Shown here one piece after another: positions 9,821 to 18,860 of a stretch of 64,000 nt of DNA (the first letter of the stretch is position 1; every line of letters starts with the position of its first letter). The stretch is taken from assembly GCA_963702435.1 (NCBI GenBank), contig CAVPCR010000004.1, positions 640,001 through 704,000 of the forward strand, given 5' to 3'. Position numbers and translations under genes: made by a program. The stretch comes from Candidatus Eiseniibacteriota bacterium. Lineage in GTDB: Bacteria > Eisenbacteria > RBG-16-71-46 > CAVPCR01. Below the pieces are notes generated by a model. It searched no databases, was not told the DNA's origin, and saw only the letters and a list, made by a program, of their open reading frames with translations.

Positions 9821-9861
9821 CCGGCCAGGCGTTAACCGGCCGGGCGTTAACCGGCCAGGCG
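9806..9861. repeat. 15-bp tandem repeat CCGGCCRGGCGTTAA, 3.7 copies, at a convergent gene junction
   Basis: Units start at 9806, 9821, 9836 and 9851 (partial). Confidence 0.95.
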
Positions 9862-10653
9862 CAGCGCGCCGGCCAGCCCGTGGCAGGTCGAGACCGTGGC
9901 CACGACCGCGTAGCGGGGATCCCCGCCGCGCGCGCGTCCCCCCGCGCCCGCGCTCCTGGGGGCGCCTGCCGCCGCGGCGGCGCGGCGAAGATCGAGGGCG
10001 GCCCGGGCGATGTCGGCGAGCGGGATCGTCCCCACCCCGTACGCCTCGTGCAGGCACTCGAGTATCGCGAGGCTCGCCACCTCCTCCCGTCCCGCGACGT
10101 GCGCGCGCACGGCGCGCGCCATGTTCCAGTCGAGCGGCGCCGCGATCGCCGGACAGGTGGCCGGCTCGATGCAGTTGACCGGGCAGACCCAGGTGGCGAA
10201 GGAGAGGGCGACGTTCCCGGTCCCGAGGTCGCGTGTGAACGGCGTTGCGATGCCGCCGAGGATGCGCCTTGCCTCGGCGGCCCCCGCCGGCGTCGCGCCG
10301 GGGGCGGCGACCCGGCCGAGCGCCGCGAGCAGGATGTGCGAGGCCAAGGGGGAGGGGACCAGCCGATCGCGTACGGCCTCGCCGCGGGCAACCGCGGCGA
10401 TCGCTGCCGGGAGCGCGAGGCTCACGTGATCCGCCCAGTCGGCGACCGCGATCTCGATCCGCGGGTCGGCGACGGTGCGCGCGACGCGGCAGGCCGGGTC
10501 GCGATCCACGACGACGATGCGCGCGACGGGCCCGCCGGCGCGATCGGCGTAGCGGAGGAGCTGGCGCACGTAGAAGCTCCCGAAGCAGCCGCCGCCGATC
10601 ACGACGTACGACGCAGGGCCGGCCGGATAGCGCGCCGGGAGGACGGGCTTCAA
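9847..10653 (-). CDS. Hypothetical protein with Rossmann-like N-terminus and Cys/His motifs
   Basis: 3' part of the 9847..12207 ORF: YVVIGGGCFG, VVVDRD, WVCPVNCIEPATCP, ECLH, STCHG. TTG start overlaps the queG stop (TTGA). Confidence 0.75.
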   Translation of the reverse strand: MKPVLPARYPAGPASYVVIGGGCFGSFYVRQLLRYADRAGGPVARIVVVDRDPACRVARTVADPRIEIAVADWADHVSLALPAAIAAVARGEAVRDRLVPSPLASHILLAALGRVAAPGATPAGAAEARRILGGIATPFTRDLGTGNVALSFATWVCPVNCIEPATCPAIAAPLDWNMARAVRAHVAGREEVASLAILECLHEAYGVGTIPLADIARAALDLRRAAAAAGAPRSAGAGGRARGGDPRYAVVATVSTCHGLAGALRLAG

Positions 10654-11792
10654 GACCCCGCGCTCCCGCGCGCGGCGGCGATCTCCGCGCGCACGCTCGG
10701 ATCCTCCTCGCGCCGCGCCGCGCCCGCGAGCGCGGTCCGCGCCGCGGCCCCGCCGTGCCGGCCGAGCCCCCAGGCGGCATGGGCGCGCACGAGCGGTTCC
10801 GGATGGGCGAGGCCGCCGCCGAGCGCGGCGACCGCCTCCGGCACTTCGGCATCGCCGACCACGGCGGCGTTGCCGAGCGCGACCATCACGTTGCGGAGGA
10901 AGCCGGCGTACCCGGGACGCGAGAGGTTCGTGTCCCGGAATCGCGAGGCGAACGCGGCCGGAGAGAGCCGCGCCAGGTCGGCGAGCGGCGGGGCGAGGTG
11001 TCCGTCGCGCGGTGCATAGGTAGGATCTGCGCCAGGTCGCGAAAACTTGTTCCAGGGACAGACGTCCTGGCAAACGTCGCAGCCGAAGATCCAGTCCCCG
11101 AGCCCCGGACGCAGCTCCGGCGCGATCGCGCCCCGCTCCTCGATGGTCAGGTAGGAGATGCAGCGGCGCGAGTCGACGACCCCCGGGGCGACGATGGCCG
11201 CGGTCGGGCAGGCGTCGATGCAGCGCGTGCAGGTGCCGCAGTGGTCGGTGGCGGGAGGGTCGGGCTCCGCCTCGGCGCTCACCACCAGCTCGGCGAGGAA
11301 GAACCAGGAGCCCCCGCCCTTCACGATCACGTTCGCATGCTTGCCGACCCAGCCGATTCCGGCCCGGTGGGCCCACGGCTTCTCGAGCACCGATCCGGTG
11401 TCCACGTGGGCGCGCGCCTCGAGTCCGGGCTCCTCGTCCCGGAGGCGCGCGACCAGGCGGCGGAGCATGGCGCCGATCGCCTGATGGTAGTCGCCGCCCC
11501 AGGCGTAGCGGGAGATCCGGCCGGCTCCCGCGCGCGCCGCGTGCCGCGCGGGGTGGAAGTAGTTGACGGCGAGCGAGACGATCGTGCGCGCGAAGGGGGC
11601 GGCGCGGCGCGGATCGCGCCGCCGGGCGGGATCGCGGGCCATCCAGGCCATGGTCCCGTGGTAGCCGCGCGCGAGCCAACCATCGAGGCCGGACCGGTCG
11701 CCGAGATCGGCGGCCGCAGCGAACCCGGCGCGATCGAACCCGGCGGCGAGGGCCGCCGCCCGGATCCGCTCTTTGAGGCGTGCGGGTGACAT
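10650..11792 (-). CDS. queG: tRNA epoxyqueuosine(34) reductase
   Basis: GYHGTMAWM, ISRYAWGGDYH, VDTGSVLEK, CGTCTRCIDACPT, CISYLTIE, GCDVCQDVCPWN, C-terminal HEAT repeat. Confidence 0.95.
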   Translation of the reverse strand: MSPARLKERIRAAALAAGFDRAGFAAAADLGDRSGLDGWLARGYHGTMAWMARDPARRRDPRRAAPFARTIVSLAVNYFHPARHAARAGAGRISRYAWGGDYHQAIGAMLRRLVARLRDEEPGLEARAHVDTGSVLEKPWAHRAGIGWVGKHANVIVKGGGSWFFLAELVVSAEAEPDPPATDHCGTCTRCIDACPTAAIVAPGVVDSRRCISYLTIEERGAIAPELRPGLGDWIFGCDVCQDVCPWNKFSRPGADPTYAPRDGHLAPPLADLARLSPAAFASRFRDTNLSRPGYAGFLRNVMVALGNAAVVGDAEVPEAVAALGGGLAHPEPLVRAHAAWGLGRHGGAAARTALAGAARREEDPSVRAEIAAARGSAGS

Positions 11793-11923
11793 GGCGAGAT
11801 CCTAGCAAGGCGGGCCGCGCCGCCGGCAGCCATGGTATGCTCGCCGCCGATTCGCGCCGAACAGGCTCGCCCGCCCGCTGCTCGGCTGGTTCCGCGCCCC
11901 GCTCCCCGCTCAAGGTCGACAAG

Positions 11924-12937
11924 GTGATCGTTCTCGGCATCGAGACTTCGTGCGACGACACCTCGGCAGCGGTGGTGAACGACGAGTTCGCCATCCTGTC
12001 GAACGTCGTCGCCTCGCAGGAGGACCACGCCGCCTTCGGCGGTGTGGTGCCCGAGCTCGCCTCGCGGGCCCATACCCGCCTCATCGCGCCCGTCGTGCGC
12101 CTCGCGCTCGCTCGCGCCGGCTGCGCTCTCGACGCGGTCGACGGCATCGCGGTGACGTACGGGCCGGGGCTCCTCGGTTCGCTGCTCGTCGGGGTGAGCT
12201 TCGCCAAGGCGCTCGCCTACGGCGCCGGCAAGCCGCTCGTCGGCGTGAACCACCTCGAGGGGCACCTGTGGTCGGCGCTCCATGTCGCGCCGACCCTCCT
12301 CGCCACTCCCTTCCTGGCTCTCATCGTGTCCGGAGGCCACTCCGAGATCGTGCTGGTGCGCGCGTTCGGCACCTACGAGCACCTCGGTGGGACGCAGGAC
12401 GATGCGGCCGGCGAGGCCTTCGACAAGGTGGCCAAGCTCCTCGGCCTCGGTTATCCGGGCGGTCCCCATGTCGAGCGCCTCGCGCGCGCGGCGAACGGGA
12501 CCTCCGATCTGACCTTCCCCGTCGCGGTGACCGACGGTCGCTACGACCTGAGCTTCTCGGGGCTCAAGACGGCGGTGCGCCAGCACCTCACGAAGCGGCC
12601 GCCGGGCACCGAGGACGAACGCGCCCATGTGGCGTGGGCCTTCCAGCACGCGGTGACGCTCGCGCTCGGCGCGCGCATCCTGGCGGCGCTCGACGAGCAT
12701 CGCGTCGAGCACGTGGTCGTGTGCGGAGGAGTGGCGCGAAACGGCTACCTGCGCGCGCATCTCGGTGCGGCGCTCGCCCGTCGCAACGTCGAGCTGATCG
12801 TTCCGCTTCCGGAACTGTGCACCGACAACGGCGCGATGATCGGATTCGTCGGCGCGCTCGAACTCCGCCGCGGGCGGCGCGCACCGCTCGCACTCGCGCC
12901 GGCGGCAAGTCTCGAAGAGGCGGGCTGGGAGATCTAG
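11924..12937 (+). CDS. tsaD: tRNA N6-threonylcarbamoyltransferase
   Basis: LGIETSCDDT, GGVVPELASRAH, HLEGH, VSGGHS, DDAAGEAFDK, TDNGAMI. Confidence 0.95.
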   Translation: MIVLGIETSCDDTSAAVVNDEFAILSNVVASQEDHAAFGGVVPELASRAHTRLIAPVVRLALARAGCALDAVDGIAVTYGPGLLGSLLVGVSFAKALAYGAGKPLVGVNHLEGHLWSALHVAPTLLATPFLALIVSGGHSEIVLVRAFGTYEHLGGTQDDAAGEAFDKVAKLLGLGYPGGPHVERLARAANGTSDLTFPVAVTDGRYDLSFSGLKTAVRQHLTKRPPGTEDERAHVAWAFQHAVTLALGARILAALDEHRVEHVVVCGGVARNGYLRAHLGAALARRNVELIVPLPELCTDNGAMIGFVGALELRRGRRAPLALAPAASLEEAGWEI

Positions 12938-13232
12938 CGCACCGCGCTCGCTCGCCCGCGCTGCCGCCCTGCGCGCACCGGCGCCGCGTCCCGTCGCTTC
13001 CCTCATTTTGCAGCGCCGGCTGCAACCTGCACGCCGCCCCGGTCCAAACCGCCCACCCGCCGTCCGGGTGCCGGCCCAACTCGCTGCCAGTACAGGAGCT
13101 AGACGCGCCGCTCCGGGTCCTCCTTGGCACGCTAGTTGCCCGCGTCCTTGCCGCAGAGGCCTGCCCGGATTTCCTCGCCTGCTTTCGGCCGTGTCCGCAT
13201 GGGGTCGTGATCCAGGGAGCAGCTCCAAACGC

Positions 13233-14249
13233 ATGACTGATCAAGCCAAGGCTCATATCGAGAAGGCCGAAAGCGATGAGCCGCAGGCCGTCCACGGCCA
13301 CGAGATCCTCGTGGTGGAGGACGAGCAGTTCTACCGCCGTCGCCTCGAAGCGGAACTGGCCGGCGTCGGCTACCGCGTGCGCACGGCCGCCAGCGGCGAG
13401 GAAGCGATCGCCGCGATCAAGGAGCGCGTGCCGGATCTCGTGCTGCTCGACATGCGCATGCCCGGCATGGACGGCACCGAGGTCTGCCGCCGGCTCAAGC
13501 GCTCGACGCGCACCGTCTCGGTGCCCGTGATCATGCTGACGGTGGTCGAGGGCATCGACGAGAAGGTCGAGGCGCTGCGCAGCGGCGCCAACGACTACCT
13601 GATCAAGAGCAACTGCACGATGGGCGAGCTCACGGCGCGGGTCAAGAACGCGCTCGATCTGCGCGACATCAATCGCGACGCGAGTCCGCTGACGCAGCTC
13701 CCGGGCAACGCCGAGATCGAGCGCCAGCTCAGACGGCGGGTGGCGGGCGCGGTGCCCTTTGTCTACCTGAGCATCGACCTCGACGATTTCAAGGCCTTCA
13801 ACGATCTGTACGGCCACCTGCAGGGCGACCATCTGATCCTGGCGACATCGGACATGCTCCGGCGCCAGGTGGAGGAGCAAGGAGACCCCACCGCCTTCAT
13901 CGGCCACGTCGGGGGTGACGACTTCATCGTGATGTGCTCCCCGGAGGTGGCGCCCGGGCTCGCCGCGGCCTGTGCGCGCGGCTTCGACGAGATCATCGGG
14001 CAGCACGTCGAGGATCGCGAACGCAAGCGCGGGTTCATCGAAGTCGTCGGCCGCACGGGGAAGGCGGAGCGGCATCGCCTCACCAGCCTGACCGTGGCGG
14101 GTGTGGGCGGGACGGGGCAGGTTTTCGACCACGTGGGCTACCTGAGCGCGCGCGCCGCGGAGCTCAAGCGGATCGCCAAGGCGCGGGCCCGCCGCGGCGA
14201 GCGCGGCGAGGGAAGCTGCGTGGTCTGGGATCGGCGCGGCACTTCGTGA
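13233..14249 (+). CDS. Response regulator: REC plus GGDEF-like domain (GGDDF variant)
   Basis: ILVVEDE, LLDMRMPGMDG, PLTQLPGN, DLDDFKAFNDLYG, GHVGGDDF. Confidence 0.88.
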   Translation: MTDQAKAHIEKAESDEPQAVHGHEILVVEDEQFYRRRLEAELAGVGYRVRTAASGEEAIAAIKERVPDLVLLDMRMPGMDGTEVCRRLKRSTRTVSVPVIMLTVVEGIDEKVEALRSGANDYLIKSNCTMGELTARVKNALDLRDINRDASPLTQLPGNAEIERQLRRRVAGAVPFVYLSIDLDDFKAFNDLYGHLQGDHLILATSDMLRRQVEEQGDPTAFIGHVGGDDFIVMCSPEVAPGLAAACARGFDEIIGQHVEDRERKRGFIEVVGRTGKAERHRLTSLTVAGVGGTGQVFDHVGYLSARAAELKRIAKARARRGERGEGSCVVWDRRGTS

Positions 14250-14941
14250 TCAGCGTGAGCTGGTGGCTGGGAGTCGGCGGGCTCATCGCGGCGGGATTCG
14301 CCCTGTGGGCGGTATCGCGGCGGCTGGCGCCCGGAGGTGCGGGGCGCGACATATCGAGCGGCGCAGCGCGGGGAGCGGCGGACAGCGCGGCAACGCGCGC
14401 GGCCGCGGCGACTGGCGACGCGGCCGAGGTCGCCCGGCTCCGGCAGGGGCGGGCGGCCGACCGGCGCCGCGTGCGCCGCGCGCACAACATCGCGCGGCGC
14501 GCCGAGCGGCTCCTGGCCATGGCGCGCTGCCTCGCGGGCGCGCGGCTCGAGGAGCTCGCGGCGCGCGGCACGCGATCGGTGGTGGACAGCTTCGCGGCGG
14601 AGAGCGCCGCGCTGTGGGTCTTCGGCGACGGGCGGGCGGTGCTCGTGGACAGCGCCGCGCGGCCGGAGGCGCGACGGACGGAAGCGGGCTGGCCGGGTAT
14701 GGCCGCGTTCCCGCGCCGGCCGCCGCGCACGGAGGGAGGTGGGAGCGTGCACTACCTCATGCTCCGCAACCAGACACGCGAGCCGATGGGCTGCCTGGTG
14801 GTCGGATTCGATCCGCCGCGCGGGCAGCGGCCGCCGGGTCTCGACACCTACGTCGCCTTGCTCGGCTCCTTCGTGGCCGCCGAGCTCGGATCGCGGGCCA
14901 GGGTGCCCGCGCCGAGCGGCGCGGATGACCGGGCGGCGTGA
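14246..14941 (+). CDS. Hypothetical protein, N-terminal TM helix, possible GAF-like C-terminus
   Basis: GTG overlaps the upstream TGA; VSWWLGVGGLIAAGFALWAV TM segment; fills the gap between two response regulator genes. Confidence 0.55.
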   Translation: MISVSWWLGVGGLIAAGFALWAVSRRLAPGGAGRDISSGAARGAADSAATRAAAATGDAAEVARLRQGRAADRRRVRRAHNIARRAERLLAMARCLAGARLEELAARGTRSVVDSFAAESAALWVFGDGRAVLVDSAARPEARRTEAGWPGMAAFPRRPPRTEGGGSVHYLMLRNQTREPMGCLVVGFDPPRGQRPPGLDTYVALLGSFVAAELGSRARVPAPSGADDRAA

Positions 14942-15071
14942 GAAGCGCGGACAGTAAGGAAGGGAATCGGGGCCGCGGGGTCGCCCGCGGACTCGGAGCA
15001 AAGGGTCGATCGGACTCGGGGATACGTTTCACGGTCGATTCATCGAGATCCATCAAGAGAGGGAGGACGCC

Positions 15072-15479
15072 ATGGCCAAGGGCAAGATCCTCGTCGTCGA
15101 CGACGAGGTTTACATCGTCCACATCCTGGACTTCAGTCTCAGGATGGAGGGCTATGAGGTGGTGACGGCGCTCGACGGCGAGCAGGCGCTCGAGAAGGTC
15201 AAGAGCGACCGCCCGGACCTCATCGTGCTCGACATCATGATGCCCAAGCTGGACGGCTACGACACCTGCAAGCGGCTGAAGGCCAGTCCGGACACGCGCG
15301 ACATCCCGGTCATCCTGCTCTCCGCCAAGGGCCGGAACGTGGACCAGCGCATGGGCTTCGAGGCCGGGGCCGACGACTACATCACGAAGCCGTTCAGCCC
15401 GCGGAAGCTCGTCGAGAAGATCAACTCGATCCTCGCCCAGCCGGTCCGCAACAACCGGGCGGAGGGCGCGGCGGCCTAG
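15072..15479 (+). CDS. Single-domain response regulator (CheY-like receiver)
   Basis: GGAGG RBS; ILVVDDE, LDIMMPKLDG, YITKPF. Confidence 0.92.
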   Translation: MAKGKILVVDDEVYIVHILDFSLRMEGYEVVTALDGEQALEKVKSDRPDLIVLDIMMPKLDGYDTCKRLKASPDTRDIPVILLSAKGRNVDQRMGFEAGADDYITKPFSPRKLVEKINSILAQPVRNNRAEGAAA

Positions 15480-15626
15480 CGCCATCGCGGCTCCTCCCTG
15501 TCGATGCGACGCCGCCCGGCGGCGGCGCTGCGATCCCCGAGTGCGGCACGCGTTCGTCTCGGCGACGGGACGAACGCGTCCGCTTGCCTGCTCGCGTCCC
15601 CGCGGAGCGTGTGCTACGAATGAATC

Positions 15627-18053
15627 ATGCACCGCACCCGCCGCGCCGCTCGCCCGCGTCCGCCCACGGAGGGGCCGCCGCCCGCTCCTCGATCCGGCAC
15701 GCTCCTCGTCGAGGTCGCGGTGCCGGTGGGCATCGACCGCACCTTTGTCTACTCCGTTCCACCCGAGCTCGCCGATCGCACGGGCCCCGGCGCGCGGGTC
15801 GAGGTCCCCTTCCGCCGCCGCATACTCTCCGGCGTCGTCGTGCGCACGGGCGCGCAGCCGCCGGCAGGATCGCGCGTCCTCCCGATCCGCTCCGCGCTCG
15901 ATCCCGAGCCCGCGTTGCCGCCCGCCTTGCTCGAGCTCACGCGTTGGATCGCCGACTACTACGTCGCGCCCTGGGGCGAGGTGCTGCGCGCCGCGCTGCC
16001 GCAGGTGGTCGAGCCGCTGCGCCGGCGGAAGCGAGGCGGGGAGGAACCACCGGCACCCGCGGAGCCGTCCGGCACGGGTTCGCCGACCCCGCCGCCTGCG
16101 GTTCGCGCGCCGGCGGCGGCTCCTCCCGTGCTCACGCCGGAGCAGGCGGCCGCCGTCGAACACATCGAGCGCCGGCTCGCGGAGCGCGCCTTTCGCGTCG
16201 TCCTCTTGCGCGGCGTGACCGCGAGCGGCAAGACCGAGGTCTATCTGCGCGCCGCCGAGACCGCGCTCCGCGCCGGCGGTCAGGTGCTCGTCCTCGTGCC
16301 CGAGATCGGGCTCTCCGTGCAGCTCGTTGATCGCTTCGTCGAACGGCTCGGCCCGCTGGTCGCGGTGCTGCACTCGGCGCTCACCGCCGCAGAGCGGCGC
16401 CGGCAATGGGAGGGCGTGCGCGCGGGGGAGATGCCGGTCGTGGTCGGCGCCCGTTCGGCCCTCTTCGCACCGCTCGTCCGGCCCGCGCTCATCATCGTGG
16501 ACGAGGAGCACGAGGGGGCGTACAAGCAGGACGAAGTGCCGCGCTATCACGCGCGCGATGCGGCGGTCGTGCGCGGGCAGATGAGCGAGGCGCTGGTCGT
16601 GCTCGGCTCGGCGACGCCGAGCCTCGAGAGCTCGTACAACGCGGCGCGCGGCCGCTACGATCTGATCAGGCTCGAGGCGCGGGTCGACGCGCGGCCGCTG
16701 CCGCAGGTGACGATCGCCGATCTCCGTGCGTTCAAGGAGGAGGAGCGCGAGAAGAGGCGCGCCGATCGGGAGGCAGCCTGGACGCGGCGGCGGCGCGGCG
16801 AGGAGGAGGCGCCGGTCCCCCGGGAAGAGGCTTTCGGTGGCGCGCCCGACTCCGGTGCAGCGCCCGGCTCCGGTGCGGCGCCGGACTCCGGTGCAGCGCC
16901 GAACTCCGGTGCAGCGCCCGACTCCGGTGCAGCGCCCGCATCCCATGCAGCGCCCGGCTCCGGCGCGGCGTCCGACTCCGGTGCGGCGCCCGCATCCCAT
17001 GCAGCGCCCGGCTCCGGCGCCGGCCTCGCCCCTGCCGAGCCGGCGCCGCCGGCCCATGTGCGGAACCTCTCGCCGCTCCTCACGGCCGCGCTCGGGCGCG
17101 TGATCGAGCGTCGCGAGCAGGCGATCCTCCTCGTGTATCGCCGCGGTCACTCGAGCTTCGTGCAGTGCACCGACTGCGGCGCGGTGGCCCGCTGTCCGTC
17201 CTGCTCCGTGGCGCTCACCTATCACGCGGTCGGGCTCGTCCTCCGCTGCCATCACTGCAACCTGCGCACCCCGGCGCCCGATCGCTGTCCGAGCTGCGAC
17301 GGCGCGCGCTTCTGGTACGGCGGCGTCGGCACGCAGCGCGTCGAGGCGGAGATCCGCCGCGAGTTCCCCGGCGCGCGCCTCCTGCGCATGGATTTCGACT
17401 CGACGCGCCGCCGGGGCGCGCACCGGGCCATGATCGAGGCCTTCGCGTCGCGCGAGGCCGACATCCTGCTCGGCACGCAGATGGTGGCGAAGGGTCTCGA
17501 TTTCCCCGAGGTGAGCCTGGTCGGCGTGGTGAGCGCCGATACGCTCATCAACCTGCCCGACTTCCGTTCCGGCGAGCGCTCCTTCCAGCTCCTCACGCAG
17601 GTGGCCGGCCGCGCGGGGCGCGGGCCGATCGGCGGCGAAGTCATCATCCAGACCTTCGTGCCGGACCATCCGTCGGTGGTGGCGGCGGCCACGCATGACT
17701 ACGAGTCGTTCTATGCGGCGGCCATCGCCGAGCGCGCCGAGCTCGCCTATCCGCCCTGCGGCGCGATGGCCCGCTTCCACGTGGACGGCCCCGAGGAGGA
17801 GCCGGTCGTCAAGGTGGCCGACGGCGTGTGCGCGGCGATCGGTGCGCCGGGATCGGACCTGACTCTCCTCGGGCCCGCGCCGCTCCCGCTCCGCCGTCTC
17901 CGCGGCCGGGAGCGCTGGCACGTCACGCTCCTCGGCCGCGAGCGCCGCCGCGTGCACGCGGCCGCGCGCCGCGCCTTCGAGCGGATGGCCGCCGCCGGGC
18001 TTCCGGCCCGCGTCCGCCTGCAGCTCGACATCGATCCGGTTCATCTGCTCTGA
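15627..18053 (+). CDS. priA: Primosomal protein N' (replication restart helicase)
   Basis: GVTASGKTEVY, DEEH, SATPS, four CxxC pairs, GTQMVAKGLDFP, QVAGRAGR, terminal DIDP. Confidence 0.95.
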   Translation: MHRTRRAARPRPPTEGPPPAPRSGTLLVEVAVPVGIDRTFVYSVPPELADRTGPGARVEVPFRRRILSGVVVRTGAQPPAGSRVLPIRSALDPEPALPPALLELTRWIADYYVAPWGEVLRAALPQVVEPLRRRKRGGEEPPAPAEPSGTGSPTPPPAVRAPAAAPPVLTPEQAAAVEHIERRLAERAFRVVLLRGVTASGKTEVYLRAAETALRAGGQVLVLVPEIGLSVQLVDRFVERLGPLVAVLHSALTAAERRRQWEGVRAGEMPVVVGARSALFAPLVRPALIIVDEEHEGAYKQDEVPRYHARDAAVVRGQMSEALVVLGSATPSLESSYNAARGRYDLIRLEARVDARPLPQVTIADLRAFKEEEREKRRADREAAWTRRRRGEEEAPVPREEAFGGAPDSGAAPGSGAAPDSGAAPNSGAAPDSGAAPASHAAPGSGAASDSGAAPASHAAPGSGAGLAPAEPAPPAHVRNLSPLLTAALGRVIERREQAILLVYRRGHSSFVQCTDCGAVARCPSCSVALTYHAVGLVLRCHHCNLRTPAPDRCPSCDGARFWYGGVGTQRVEAEIRREFPGARLLRMDFDSTRRRGAHRAMIEAFASREADILLGTQMVAKGLDFPEVSLVGVVSADTLINLPDFRSGERSFQLLTQVAGRAGRGPIGGEVIIQTFVPDHPSVVAAATHDYESFYAAAIAERAELAYPPCGAMARFHVDGPEEEPVVKVADGVCAAIGAPGSDLTLLGPAPLPLRRLRGRERWHVTLLGRERRRVHAAARRAFERMAAAGLPARVRLQLDIDPVHLL
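16836..17015 (+). repeat. In-frame 18-bp tandem repeat (about 10 x GAAPDS-like) inside priA
   Basis: GGTGCAGCGCCCGACTCC-like units, including a duplicated higher-order block. Confidence 0.9.
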
Positions 18054-18422
18054 ATCGGCAGCAGTCTCGGATCCGGCCGTGCAGGATCCGAGGCCGGCCC
18101 TCCCGTCCTGCAATGCGTGTCACCGGACGCTGCCGGTCCCGGGGGAGCGGACGCGGCTGCACAACGAGTTGGAAGCCCTCGCGTGCGGGCACGAAGCGTG
18201 CGAGGGCAGTCGATTGCCCGGGCTCACCTGCCGCGCTGCCCCCGGCACGCCGGCCTCCCGGGCCACATGCGAACAAGCGAGTCGGCGCCGGAACCGGACC
18301 GCTACCGGGACTCTGCGCCTGCTCGCGGGGCGAGGCGGCCGGAATCCCTCCCATCCCCCGGGGGTTCCGGCCCGCCGCTTTCCGTGCCGGCCCGCTCACC
18401 GGGCGCGTCCGCCGCCGTGCGG

Positions 18423-18451
18423 TTGACGGTCCGCGACCGACCGCCTAGGCT
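18423..18451 (+). promoter_or_regulatory. Candidate sigma70 promoter TTGACG-N17-TAGGCT
   Basis: Near-consensus boxes at canonical spacing upstream of 18592. Confidence 0.5.
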
Positions 18452-18591
18452 CTCTCCGTCCTGCCCCCGCGGCGCGGTTTCCCGTCCGGACCCGCGACCG
18501 CTCCCCCGGAACGCGATCACCCTAATCCGGCGGCGGCCGGCGTCCTCCCTGACCACGGGCGGCGGCCTGCGCCAGAGCTGTTCTGACCACC

Positions 18592-18852
18592 ATGACCACT
18601 GTTCATACCGACCTCACCGACCGCGAGATCATCCAGGTCAAGATCTTCGAGACGGCGCTCGACTCGCTCAAGACGCTCGAGAGCGAGATCAACGCCTGGC
18701 TGCGCGAGAACCGCGAGGCGCGGCTCGAGCGCGTTCAGGTCAACACGATCGAGACCAAGCGCGCCGTCGTCATGCTCTGGTACTCGATGACGATCCGCTC
18801 GACGCGCGGCGTCGGGTTCGGGAGCGAGGCGGCAGCCAGCAGTCGCGCCTAG
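18592..18852 (+). CDS. Small hypothetical protein (weak resemblance to Cse60/DUF2758-like proteins)
   Basis: 86 aa, strong coding codon bias, IQVKIF...LESEINAWL...VMLWY pattern; stop is 8 bp before ilvC. Confidence 0.7.
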   Translation: MTTVHTDLTDREIIQVKIFETALDSLKTLESEINAWLRENREARLERVQVNTIETKRAVVMLWYSMTIRSTRGVGFGSEAAASSRA

Positions 18853-18860
18853 CCGTTCCG

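Noticed and set aside
7604..10852. 1082-aa minus-strand ORF, and similar long Arg/Gly/Ala-rich ORFs (14757..18113, 33337..36069, 41458..43947, 47980..50478, 52138..54615, 60605..63031)
   Set aside because: Stop-poor shadow frames of well-supported genes in high-GC DNA.
10654..12207. N-terminal part of the 786-aa ORF 9847..12207
   Set aside because: Overlaps queG and tsaD in other frames; only 9847..10653 looks coding.
14939..14941. Selenocysteine read-through of a TGA stop
   Set aside because: The downstream frame is not protein-like and there is no redox motif; no convincing Sec codon was seen elsewhere in the window.
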